The notes under the pieces were generated by a model. It was not told the origin of the DNA. It made no database searches and saw nothing but the letters and a program-made list of their open reading frames with translations. The position numbers and the translations under genes were made by a program. Shown piece by piece: positions 13,869-25,265 of a DNA stretch of 59,705 nucleotides; within the stretch, counting starts at the first letter, position 1, and the number at the start of each line of letters is the position of its first letter. This DNA comes from Catajapyx aquilonaris. Lineage: Eukaryota. The stretch spans positions 62,001 to 121,705 of the forward strand of contig KZ538145.1 of NCBI GenBank assembly GCA_000934665.2, given 5' to 3'.

Positions 13869-14009
13869 CCGTCTTGAGCATGTGCAGTAGTATGCTTGCA
13901 GAGCATGCGCAGTTGTATGCTTGCAGAGCGATTCTGGGACATGAGAGGAGGGAAGAGCCAGGTGGAGGCGGGGCTAAACGTGACGTCAGATCGATCTTTG
14001 GTTTAACGG
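13834..14009. mobile_element. Putative MITE with ~30-bp TIRs and a possible 4-bp TSD (ACTT)
   Basis: CCTTTAAGCGAAAGAACGATCTGACGTCAC ... GTGACGTCAGATCGATCTTTGGTTTAACGG; ACTT at 13830-13833 and 14010-14013. Confidence 0.5.
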
Positions 14010-17000
14010 ACTTACGTGAAAACAGAAAATCTTGGCTCGCTGGCTTCCTATGTGCATACAAACCAGCCTAAACCACTCAATAGATGGAAAAAGATACTGG
14101 ATGGAGCCACATATGGGGGTATACACACACGCATCGAAAGAAAAAACTGGCAAGGATCGTTCTTGTGCCCCCGGAAATAGCGAGATTGAATCACATCCTG
14201 CAGATTGAATTGGAATAGTAGGAGTCCCCCCTTGCTGGTATAGAGTGAATCGAGGAAGATGTCCATCCGCCCCGGTCCGCCCATCCTTTCCTTCCTTCCT
14301 TCTTGGAGAAAGGAAGCTTCCGGATACAAGATGAGCTCCTTCTACCCCCCACAGAGACTTCAATCTCCGCTCTCTTTCCCCATTTATGGCAAGTCTGCTG
14401 CTGCATATTGGCCTACGTCCTAGTCAGTGAAAAGGGAGATGGGGAATCTGCAGCCTGCCATGTCTCCATGTCACTCAGACACCAATGCCACTCTTTTTCT
14501 CCGATGCCGACGCTTCCGTCAGGATCAGCCATCTCCCCCCCTTTTTTCCCCTTCCTATGCACTACTAGACTCGGGCCTTTTTATAGTACAAAATACCTGC
14601 GCAGTAACTTTCTAGGAGGACGCTGGCAGACATCCTAACATTTTGCGATAGAAGCAGTATAAAACGCAAAAGGGGTGCATAAAAAATTATCTGGCTCAAC
14701 GTGCCTTGAATTCAGTATTTTGTTCGCTATAGGGTGCTTTGTATTGGCATTCATATGCGATAGGCATAATGTAATGTGTTATGCTGTCGATGCGTGTTAT
14801 TCAATGAAAATTCTATTTAAAGCATTCCAGGTTACAAAAAAAAAAATGCGCGAATCCCTAGTGTTGCCCATAATCGCAAATTATAGCCTTGTCACTTGGT
14901 CGCTCAGTTCGGAGATGCTGCAGTAAAACAATATTTCCCAACTCGCGCATCTAGCATGCAAAAAAAAACCCCCGCTATGATTTAATAATGTCGAGCATTG
15001 CACCGCCAGGCAAAATATGATTTATGCAGCAATGAGATTAACGTGGTCAACGAAAGTACAGGGCATTTCTGCCCCAATTAAGCTGTCCGACCACTTTTTG
15101 TTGCCAAATTTCCACTTCACCTCATGGCAGCCAGAAATATTTCTGCATTCATTTTTTTTTCCACATAAAAAATTCCCGAATCCTTCCTACAAAATCCGAT
15201 AGCTGGTAAAACACGAGCCCTTGTCTGCTTCCCTGAATATGGAAGAGCCGCCATGTGCTATATACGAACATTTATCCTGATAAAATGCCACCTTTCCTCC
15301 TGGGCTCCAGGTTTTGCCCAGATGAGAGGAAGAGAAGGCACTTAAAAACTGGGGCAAAATAATCCGTCGGAATGGAAATGGCCTCGCCATAAGGCACAAA
15401 TCAAAACGCCAGCTCGGCTTGTCAGGATCAGAGACCAGGCTGCAATCAGGGGAACACCCCCCCCCCCTCCCTTTAAAGCCGTCTCTCGTGCTCCAGTTGT
15501 CGTCTTAGCAACGACATCCCATGCACCTAGATGGCTAATGGAGGTTGGGTCCCAACCGGACCCATAGCACAGCTCCCTGAGAAGGGAAAAGCCTCATTAA
15601 AGAGCTGTCATCTCCCAAGCAGCCCCCCTTAACTTTCTCCTAGGCCAGCTGACGTGGCATGTTTCTCATTCTGCTGCCACCCCAGCAAACCTTTCACAAC
15701 TAGCTCTAAGAAACGATGACGAATCGCTGCCCTAGCCAGACGACATTGCCCGTCTACTGCCTAACTGAAGGGGGACATAGATTTTCAATTCGCTGCCAAA
15801 GGCCATTTTTTTGTGTGCTAGTGTGGTTGCTAGGGGAGGGTTGGAAAGGGGGGGGGGGGGGTCAGCCCTCGAGTTCACAAAACTACCGCAGCATGTTTTT
15901 ATCCCGGATTTTGTGGTCGGGAACGCTGGCATTAATCCGGCGGAAGGTGTCGTTCCCATATCAAAGAGGCCTGGGGACGTTATTGGGACGCGTCTGAGGA
16001 ATACCTAAAGAGCTGGTGGATAGGCGGCACGCACCTACTCTTCCATTTGGAAAACATTTAGGCCAGCTCATTATCTCTTCCTAGCTCGTACATACTTTTC
16101 GAGGGGAGTTTGGGGGTACAGGCTGCTGGCGACTGGAGGGTGAGGCACTTCATAAATCATTCGCGAGTGCTGTCATATTATAGCGATAATGAAACACGGG
16201 ATTGATACGCATAATATTGCGGACGAGCCCATCTTGTGCGACCAAACATTATCGTAGAAATAGCTTAATGCAAAAAAATAATCACACACTGAAATTCGGT
16301 GCAGAATTTTCTAGTTGTCATCGTCAAAAACAAGCTGGCACCGCAAGCGACAGTTTGATGGCAAATCCTATGCCTCATTTGATCTTGAAAACCGGAGAGC
16401 CAGCGACATGCGCAGCGGTGTAAGGAAAAGCCAGCGACACTTGTACCGGCGATTGGCCATAATCAATTCTCCTCACGGGCAGGGATCAACCTAGAAATTC
16501 ACTGCAGGTGGGAATTTGAAAGTTAGAGCCCTCATTAACTGCCTGATATTGAGTCCAACGGCCCGCGAAATGAGCATTAACCCCGATTGGACAACAAATG
16601 TCCCATAAGATATTCTTTTCAGACCAGCCCTCCGGGCTCCGAGCCATAACGTACGCTCACGAAACAGGTGTCTCATTTTTACTATCACTTAGGAGAAGCG
16701 TACGGGGCTTTCCCGGGAACATTATCGGGCTAAATAATAGTAGGCACTTACTTCCATGGAAATTGCCTAGACTTCATCCTGGAAGTTAGTTAACCTATAT
16801 GCATCTTTTGTGCGCCAACTTGCCTATTCAGCAGGGGCAAACGGGATCAAAAATGTCCTTCAACTTTGACCTATCATTCACTTGTGTTCAAGGCTTGGTT
16901 CAAGGAATGTTTTGTAGACACCTTGTAAAAATTATAATATAAAAAAGATAAGAAATGCCGGGACCGCCCGCGCCCTTTCGAGTCTGTTATATCCGGATTC

Positions 17001-19759
17001 AACTGTGCTAAAAATATCTGAAAATTTCCATATTAATTTTCAAAGGCGGGGTCTGATCATCCACACAAAATTAATTGCCCTCGAAAACCTAAGGCCCCTT
17101 AATACTTTTTAACAATATGTGGAGAGCATGTGTAATGGACCACCTTTCCCCCGTTAATTTAGCTAGTGAAAACGTAATGGATGTCAAAACCAGAATGCCC
17201 CCATTATGGCCACCCATTTTAATCACCGCTTGTTTATGTGAGACACTATTTTTTTTAACTATTGATTTGTGACTGTCGCCAGCATTACGATCTCCGTAGT
17301 CATTTACTATGTATAATTAGCTACATCTGCCTCCAAAAATGTCGAACTTTTTTTCTAGGGCAAAAGCCCGCGTAATATCTGTTATGTAGGGAATAAGAGT
17401 ATCCCGCGTTACAGCGTCGAGCTTTGGGTTAAACGTGGCATGGTGAGTGCTGTAATTCTGGTCGAGCGAGCACGGAAACAAATCCATCCTGCAGAAATAA
17501 ACCGAGTTAGTGCATCAACGACCTAGTTTCGTGTATTTAGTGCGGTGGCAACAAAACGTTGCGCAGTCAAATAAGCAAGGAGCCGCCCGACATTAAATTC
17601 CGGAATGGCATGACATGTGCGGTCATGGCGTGACGCTAAAGGTTAAGACCTGTGCTGGGTATGAAGGGGGAAGGGNGGGGGGGGGGGGGGGGCTCAACAT
17701 CCACGGGAAATTGAGGTGAGCCTTGGTAAAGATCCACGTGAGGGTCTGGCCTGGCAGTAATCAGGCCTTGAGGCTTTACTTTGCAAGAGGCCCGTTGGGC
17801 AATTTATCTCCATGAGAGGGAAACGGCGCACCGTTGCGCAACATTTGGCCCTTAATAGCCTGGAGCTAATAACCGGCAGCAACGAAGACGAAGACCGAAG
17901 AGAATCAAGAAAGGTGAGCAGCTCGTCCTGCCCAATTTCCTGCAGATTGAGATTCTTTCGGGTGGGGGCTAGGGTGCGTCAGGGGGTTGGATGGGGGTAG
18001 AATCTGCCCAATTTCCAGCGGCAGAAGGTTTCTATTTGAGATCCTGACCAGACGAAGCTCAAAGGCTCGGCCATTCCCACTTCAAACGCGCGGACTCGAG
18101 CCTGGCTTCAAAGACACTCGCAACGAAAGGCCGTGAGCTGCTACATCATTCGCCACCAAAGGCACTACACAAGCTTCTCTCTCCATAATTACGGGGCTTC
18201 CCAGAGAGCCAATAACGATCATTTCTTTCCTTCAACCTCCCCTTCAAACTCTGATGTTTGGGGGTAGTTTCCATTCCCCACATTCATATCACTCTAGTTA
18301 CAACTTATGCTACCAACTTTGACTTTAGGTCTATTCAGTACGCATCTGGACTCAGTTTCATCAACCTGGAAAATCGAGTGCGGGCCAATATTCATCCCCT
18401 GTTCACAGGCAGGGACTAAACGCTTTCCATAATTCCATGCTAACGATCTCCGATAAAGCATTTCAGATAGATGCTTCATTTTAGCTGGAAGAGCGAAACG
18501 CTGTCATGTGAGGAAACTCAATTTCCTTGTTTAGCATTTGCAAAACATCTGGCAATCAAATGGGATGGAAGAGATATTCATGCAGTCATCTCTCTCCACC
18601 CAGATATTCTACCCTTCCCCCACTTTTTTTTAAACAACCAAACCTTCCCTACCCCAGCATCGAGTGGGGAGGACGCTTTTTATCAACTGTCTATATAGAG
18701 TGTATTCAGGCAGCAGATTAACTACTACAGCAGAGCTTGACAAATAGTTGTGGCTGCCAAACCTCTGACCTCCCTGCGTGCTTCCCCCCATAATGCAACA
18801 GTTTTAGACTCAGTCGAGAGAGGCTTGGGGACCTGAATTCATTGCAGCAAAAAAATGATACTCAACATCACTAATTGCAGTCAGACTTAATTGGTTTAAG
18901 CCATATTCAGGTGAATATTTTCAGACAACAAGTAATAATGCAAAGTGGTGTAACGGTGCAGGCTCGTGCTTCAGATCAGAGTGCGATAAATTTTCCGGCC
19001 AAAAAATGTTCAGATTAAAACCGGAGCTAAGCTCTCTCTCCGGTTCTTTTTCCAGCGAGTAAAAGTGCGAAGTGGCGATTTTTAAAAAATCCCTTCGGGC
19101 CTGAGTCCCCCCCCCCCCTTCCCTTTCCTGCGGAGTTGTGACTGGCAAACGTGATTTAATCCCAGAGTTGGCCACGCGCGGAAAACTTCCCAAATGGAAG
19201 CCCATTTCCATGTAGAGAGGCCTTCATATCGCACAAAAGAGGGGGAAACCATTTAGAGGATTAGAAGACCTTCGTAAAAAAAAAGGAGCCAAAGAGAGTG
19301 CGGGTGTAAAAACGATAATGGGTAGGAAAGAGGACAAGGCGATTCTGTTTAATAAGCTGGGCTTCCGACAGACTTTTGTCCTATCTATCTGCTGACTGCT
19401 TCCCAGCAACAGCAGAATGTCTAGAGGAGGAATTTCTAGAAGGGGGACCCATGCCACCAGCCCTCTCTACCTTCTACCCATACCCCTCCTCTTTCATTAT
19501 AATCCTAATTTTGCCAAAAAGAGGAAGCCGTTCGATGTAATAGCGTCATCTTTAGCTCGGATACAGGTCGTTTGGAGCAAGATTCCATTCCCCTATTGAT
19601 GGGCCCCGCGCTTCCGGGGAAGGAAGACTCAGGCATGTCCTGAATTCCACTTACATCCACCTTTCGCCTCTTATACTTCCGCGCCAATAAGCCATAAGTC
19701 ACTGTCACATAAATACTCATATCGGATGAGACCAGACATATTCAACCCAGGTGTCCGCC

Positions 19760-19958
19760 ATGTTTTTATGCATCTAACATAAGCTCTTACGCATCTACCA
19801 TAAGTTCTTACGCACAGCATAAGTTCTTACGCATCTACCATAAGTTCTTACGCACACCATAAGTTCTTACGCATCTACTGTAAGTTCTTACGCATCTACC
19901 ATAAGCTCTTACGCATCTAACATAAGCTCTTAAGCATCTAACATAAGCTCTTACGCAT
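19760..19958 (+). repeat. ~21-bp minisatellite (GCATCTACCATAAGTTCTTAC), ~9 copies
   Basis: Directly visible; explains the CVRAYVR-repeat ORF at 19835-20245. Confidence 0.92.
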
Positions 19959-20631
19959 ATGATGTGTGAGTAGGTGACAGGGGCGTGGCTAACGGTCAAC
20001 CCCGATGAGTAGCTTACCGTGTGTGCTCTAAACCGATAACCTGACGCATTACGGTGCCCGGTTCGTACCCGCGTGTTGCGGTTGGAACAAAGCAGCTCAT
20101 CCTTTTTTGGGCAAATTTGGCGCTGACATGAGGTGTTAGCCTGGGTAGGGAATGAGGCTGCACCCAGAGGGGCAAAACAGCATGCAAATTTGTCACTCGA
20201 CCCTACTACCCAGTCTTGTTTGCGACTCTGGGAAGACCCTGACACTTCCGGCGCCTCCTTGCCTTACTTGCCGCCTGCTTATTACGTCAGCCACTGGAGC
20301 GGGAAATATTCCCGTCCCGGAAGGACGCATCAACCGCACTCTCCTTCCCCAGCTCCAAATGAATGGAATGCATGACATCAGTCAGAACCACCTTGAAACA
20401 AGCGCCCCTTGAAATGAAAGCACTACTACTTCAAAGGAGCAAGACATGTCAGTGACCTAAAGGGCTGTTCACACTATATGTCGCGACTTGGAGACGGAAC
20501 ATCCCATTCTCGCAATTGGCCATTTAATTTATATTTAAATTTTACCTGTAATACTATGCTAGTGACACTTTAAAAACATGATATGACGGCAGTTGTCTCT
20601 TTTTTCACTTGTGTTAAATTGATTTCAGGTA

Positions 20632-20807
20632 CACTCACGAGCATAAAGTTGGAGACGTTGCGGGGCTTCTCTGACCTTTCTTTATCCGACTCAAATTAAT
20701 TGACTATTTTTGGACCGAGTTAGCTGCTTCAGGCGTGTGTTCGTGTATTTCTAACAGTATATTTGATACAATAATAGCTGCCGTCTCCAACTTTATGCTC
20801 GTGGGTG
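20632..20807. mobile_element. Tc1/mariner-type MITE
   Basis: 26-bp TIRs CACTCACGAGCATAAAGTTGGAGACG and CGTCTCCAACTTTATGCTCGTGGGTG (1 mismatch). TA on both sides (20630-31, 20808-09). Confidence 0.85.
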
Positions 20808-21243
20808 TACCTAGCATGACGAGGTTATGAACCGCACAAACTGCTGGCCTATAAGGGTCCAAATGAATATAGGCCACACAAAGTTCTCTTCCTCCTTCCC
20901 CCAACTCCCTCCCTCCTTCCATTGGTGAATGGGCCAATAGGGAAGGTACACATTCCCACCTATTGCTTGTTCTGGCGAGTCCCCGAGGAACACAAGAGAC
21001 GAGACGGGCCCCTCTAATAGCCCTCTCCTCTATCTGCCCTCAAATGAATAAGTGGCTCTTGGGGGAGATTGCGGCCAACCAACCAACAATCCAACTTTAT
21101 CAATCGAGAAGGTCCCAGAGTACCTTCTTCCCCCAACCCTATAGGCCTACGCACCTTCACTGACATTTGCAGACATTGATCACTACAGAAGCCTATCATT
21201 TACACTGCGCAGTTTAATGGAAGTAATTTCTACAACGTATGTA

Positions 21244-21376
21244 CGTATCATCAGTCCAAAAAGAATTGTCCCTCGCGTCGAGCGGGGAGCCACGCGTCAG
21301 GATGAAAGCAACCAGTATCCTGACGCGTGGCTGCCCGCTCGACGCGAGGGACAATTCTTTTTGAACCGTTGATACA
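21244..21376. mobile_element. Hairpin (foldback) mini-element
   Basis: 47-bp core arms 21257-21303 and 21317-21363 with one mismatch and a 13-nt loop. Imperfect extension to (C)GTATCA...TGATACA. No TSD seen. Confidence 0.75.
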
Positions 21377-24300
21377 CTAGCGACATCTCCTGTTTGAGTT
21401 TCAAACTGGCATCAGCGTCCAACAAATATCGCTTGTTATTGACAATATGTGAATGTGCCTTCGAGCTGGAAGCTTCAAAATGAAGCTTGGCGCCTCGAAT
21501 TAACTTGTAAAACCCGCGATTTGACGCCAAATCCCTGGAGAATGAAAACAATGAAACAAAGGGGGTTGAATTCTTCCCGGACGCGTCCCGGACTGTGAGC
21601 GGCATTAAAGTGTATAACAGTTGGATTGAGCCGAAAGGAGTCCTTGAGTCGAATCTGTGTGTCGGATTTCCCAAGGGCTGAAGCTCTCCGTTGGACCACG
21701 CACCTCTGCTCAAAGGTTATCATTGTCAAGCCCAGAGCAGACAGAGCTATTGGGGGCGCCAGAAAAGGTCACAGGAGTTTCTCCTGCACGGAACTTGGAC
21801 TTTGAGGGGAGATGGGGGTCGGGTCGTGTTTGAATTTGAGAGAGGGGAGGGAGGAGCGCGACATGGGGGGGGGGATGGGAGGGAGAATAAAGAGACGAGC
21901 CAAGAGGAGTTGAGAAATCAATTTGGTGTTCGTTCTATATGGAAAAGCCACATTTCAATCGGCTTTGGCCTGACAAGTCAATTTTCCGCTGTTTTCACCA
22001 TGAGATGAACCGCCAAAAAGGAGGACTCCTTCTCCAATCCCTGCCTCGCTTCGTTAAGCTGCTCTTTCAAACACATCCACATTCAAAAGAATCATTTAGA
22101 TAGGCTACATTCTCCGGGATTTGATTCCACATCCCGCAATGACCACGTCGCCATTACTAGATTCAATGCAACTTTCGTCTGATCGTTGTAAGACACTATC
22201 AACAGCGCTATTTTTATGAGCATTGGCTCAGCTTTCTAGAAAAAAGAGCAGAGTTGGAGCAATAAGTCCAATTTATACCGCCTGTATCTCTGTTCTCGCC
22301 AACAAATGGGCTCCACCTAAGCGTGTCTTCTTCTTTTCGCCTTTCCTGGACGCCTCCCAGCCGACGTACCCACCAACCAACCAACCAACTATCCAACAGA
22401 GCGTACAACTCAACGGGTTCCAGTGTATAGAACCGTGCTTGGTGCTTCGGTACTAAAGCGGGCTCTCAGCTAACGTGATAGGAAAAGACTTCGGGAGGAA
22501 CTTCAAGTGTTGAGCGTTTATGGACGAGGGGGGAAAAAGAACTTGAATGCAATTTTATCCTCTGGAAGAAGTCAGAACTTTTCTGCATCAGGTTTTCTAT
22601 TCGTGGCTGAAACTTACATAGCTGTGAATAATTTGGGATTTACCTATACCACAATGTCAATAGCTGTGTAAGAACCTGACACATACATGCGCAAAAGTAT
22701 AGGTAATGTTCAAAACAGGGATAGCTAATTTTAGAAGCCATCAGGATATTCAATTAACTTCAAGGTTCCAAGAAAGCATGTGACACTTGACATCTCTAGG
22801 TCATACGCAATTTCGACGTAAATTAACTCTCTGCAAAAGCCGTCTGAAAGTATAAAAAAAGAAATACTGCGATTTGACAAGGTTGCGCACTCGAGTAATA
22901 TGAAATTATGCTTCCTGGAAAAGTTGGACTATAGTATTTTAGCCTTGGTAAAATTGTGGTTCTTTTGATAATGAAGAATAGCTTCTGAAAACCTATCAAA
23001 ACAACTGGAGTGTGTACTTATATCCATGGAGCATTACAAAGTTGCTAACATGTTTGCATACCATAATAATTTCCATTAGTGAAAGTAGAAATATAGCCAT
23101 TAACAATCCAATGTTACACCACAATTTGAAGCCGCTTTCATTTTGCACAAAAGACTACTTCTCGTGTATTTAATTTACTGCAGCAGTTTACAAATTCCTA
23201 CAAGAAAATCTCCGGTTCCCGCTCGGGGTAGTCATCATTTCTAAATCACAAAAGGAGTTGTCAGTTACGTACTTCAAAAAGGGGAAAAAAAGCCAGTAAG
23301 AAAAGGGGTCTTCCTCTCTGGATTTCCTCTTTTTTCTCTCTAGAGCACTGCATAAGCATGACCCAAGTAAATGTCCTGAGGGCTAGGAATGTCCTCATAA
23401 ACGAAGTGTGGACAGTTCAACGCAAAGGATGGTCCGAGTTTGAGGGAGGCCAGTCAGGGGTTCCAGAACTTGCTTCGGTTCAGTCGAAAAACGCTTGATC
23501 CCTTTCCACCCGTTTCAGATGAAAATCCGATCCCAAAGTCCCAAGCAGCGCCGGAATACGGGCCATTTCACATTTGGGTCGGAAAAAAACGGGCCTGGAA
23601 AATATGGTCTCCCCCTCCCCCTCCTTCCCCTTCTTCCTCCACTGCCCCCCCCCCCCCNCCCCACCCTTTTTCCCAACCCGCGCTACACTTCTAGCGATCC
23701 CCACCACAAAAAGAAAATCTACATCATCCAGCCATCGTTGTACCATACTGTGAATACTGCCCATAAATCCACTGCCTGTACGTAAAACTCGAAGGCGACC
23801 TCTGGCCAAGAAAAAGTCACGGCATTTTCCTATTGAAAATCGAGATACCAGAGTCGTTAAAAAATGCACCGGTATGGCGCCTGTCATACAACAGAATCGC
23901 CGAATTTACTGTAAGGGCCTGGTGCATAATTCATGATAAATCTAGAACAAGTGGTTGATCTATGTTATCCACTAGCAAGTTGTGAGTTTTGCCATCAGAT
24001 GGCGTGGATACGGGAGCGTACCTGCAGGTTTGTAATGAGTCCTGAAACGGCCGGATACGAGGCTAGTCTAATAAACAGATTGTTGGCAACCAACAACTGA
24101 GTGATTGGTCCAGTTGGCAGCGCCTGCAATCACACATTGGGTGAAAATTTATGCACCGCACTTGAAAATTTGCTGCTTGAAAATATATGATCGCACCTGG
24201 CCTCGACTCCAACAGTATTGAAAATCTGTCTCAAAAATATTTGTATAATCGACTCACGAATCTCCCTTATTTCCAAGGATTTTGGCACCCGCTTAATTAC

Positions 24301-24635
24301 TCGTCCGACTATTCCGCTCACGAGCTAAATTACCAATATAAGGGGCCAGCCGAGATCCCCGAACGCACGACACGAAAATTGATTGCCACTTGCCACATGG
24401 CTGCTGAGGCGGGCCCTAAGGCATCACAGATAGGACACAGGCGCCGGCTCTTTCTCTTCTCCGACGGACACGCACCAACAATCACCCAGAAAACCAATTA
24501 AACTTTACTCATGCGCAAGTTTGCAAGTGGGAATCGCCAGCAGACCAAGGAAAACCACGAAGAAGGAATACGGACATCAAACGATGGATTCGTACATTTA
24601 TCTTTAAATGGTGTTGAAAGTAGAGGTTGTCTTAC

Positions 24636-24696
24636 CTGTCTGGCGAAGAGTCGACAGAGTCACAGGTATCACAACAACACAACGATGTTGACGACA
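24636..24696 (-). other. Candidate 61-bp spliced exon
   Basis: Minus strand reads CTGAT...CTTTTTTATTCCAG | 61 nt | ...CAG/GTAAG: branch-like motif, pyrimidine tract, acceptor and consensus donor. Two of three frames are open. No recognisable peptide. Confidence 0.35.
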
Positions 24697-25147
24697 CTGG
24701 AATAAAAAAGCGCATCAGAATCCATACATTACTGAGAAAATATCTATAATACCCGACTGTCACGGAAACTCCTCCCTCAGCGTAGGACCTACAGCATTGG
24801 GAGTGGTGTCAAAATTTACCCCGCGTTTTCTATATTTGCGAACAACTTTTTTTTTTTTTGGAAACGGTGCCCAGGGACTTCGTCAAACGAGAAAAACCGC
24901 GGTGGCAACGACGTCGGTACTTCCACGGAATCCCCCATTCCGCCGCTCAGGTCGCCACCTGCTTGGTCGCGAATAGGCCGTGGTCGCGACTCGCCTACTT
25001 CTGCACTTTACCGCCGGATGTCGCTTCGATGCTGCTAGCTGCTCATACATCGGCGGGCCATCTCATTAAATTCTTTAATATTGTCACTGCCATACTGATC
25101 ATGGCTTTTGCCAAATTTTGGCACTAGTTACACTATAATGCACTGTA

Positions 25148-25265
25148 CTATGGGGCTCAAATTGTTTTGGCCACTTTATCCTGGTCTTGAAGCAACCATT
25201 CGCACAGGCCCACAGGGTTGCTCCCAGACCAGGATTAAGTGGCCAAAACAATTTGAGCTCCATAG
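25148..25265. mobile_element. Tc1/mariner-type hairpin MITE (118 bp)
   Basis: ~50-bp arms CTATGGGGCTCAAATTGTTTTGGCCACT...GCAACC and GGTTGC...AGTGGCCAAAACAATTTGAGCTCCATAG, 18-nt loop, TA on both sides. Confidence 0.82.

Noticed and set aside
25117..25140. miR-96-like start TTTGGCACTAG
   Set aside because: The match ends after 11 nt and there is no precursor hairpin; the neighbouring hairpin is a TA-flanked MITE.
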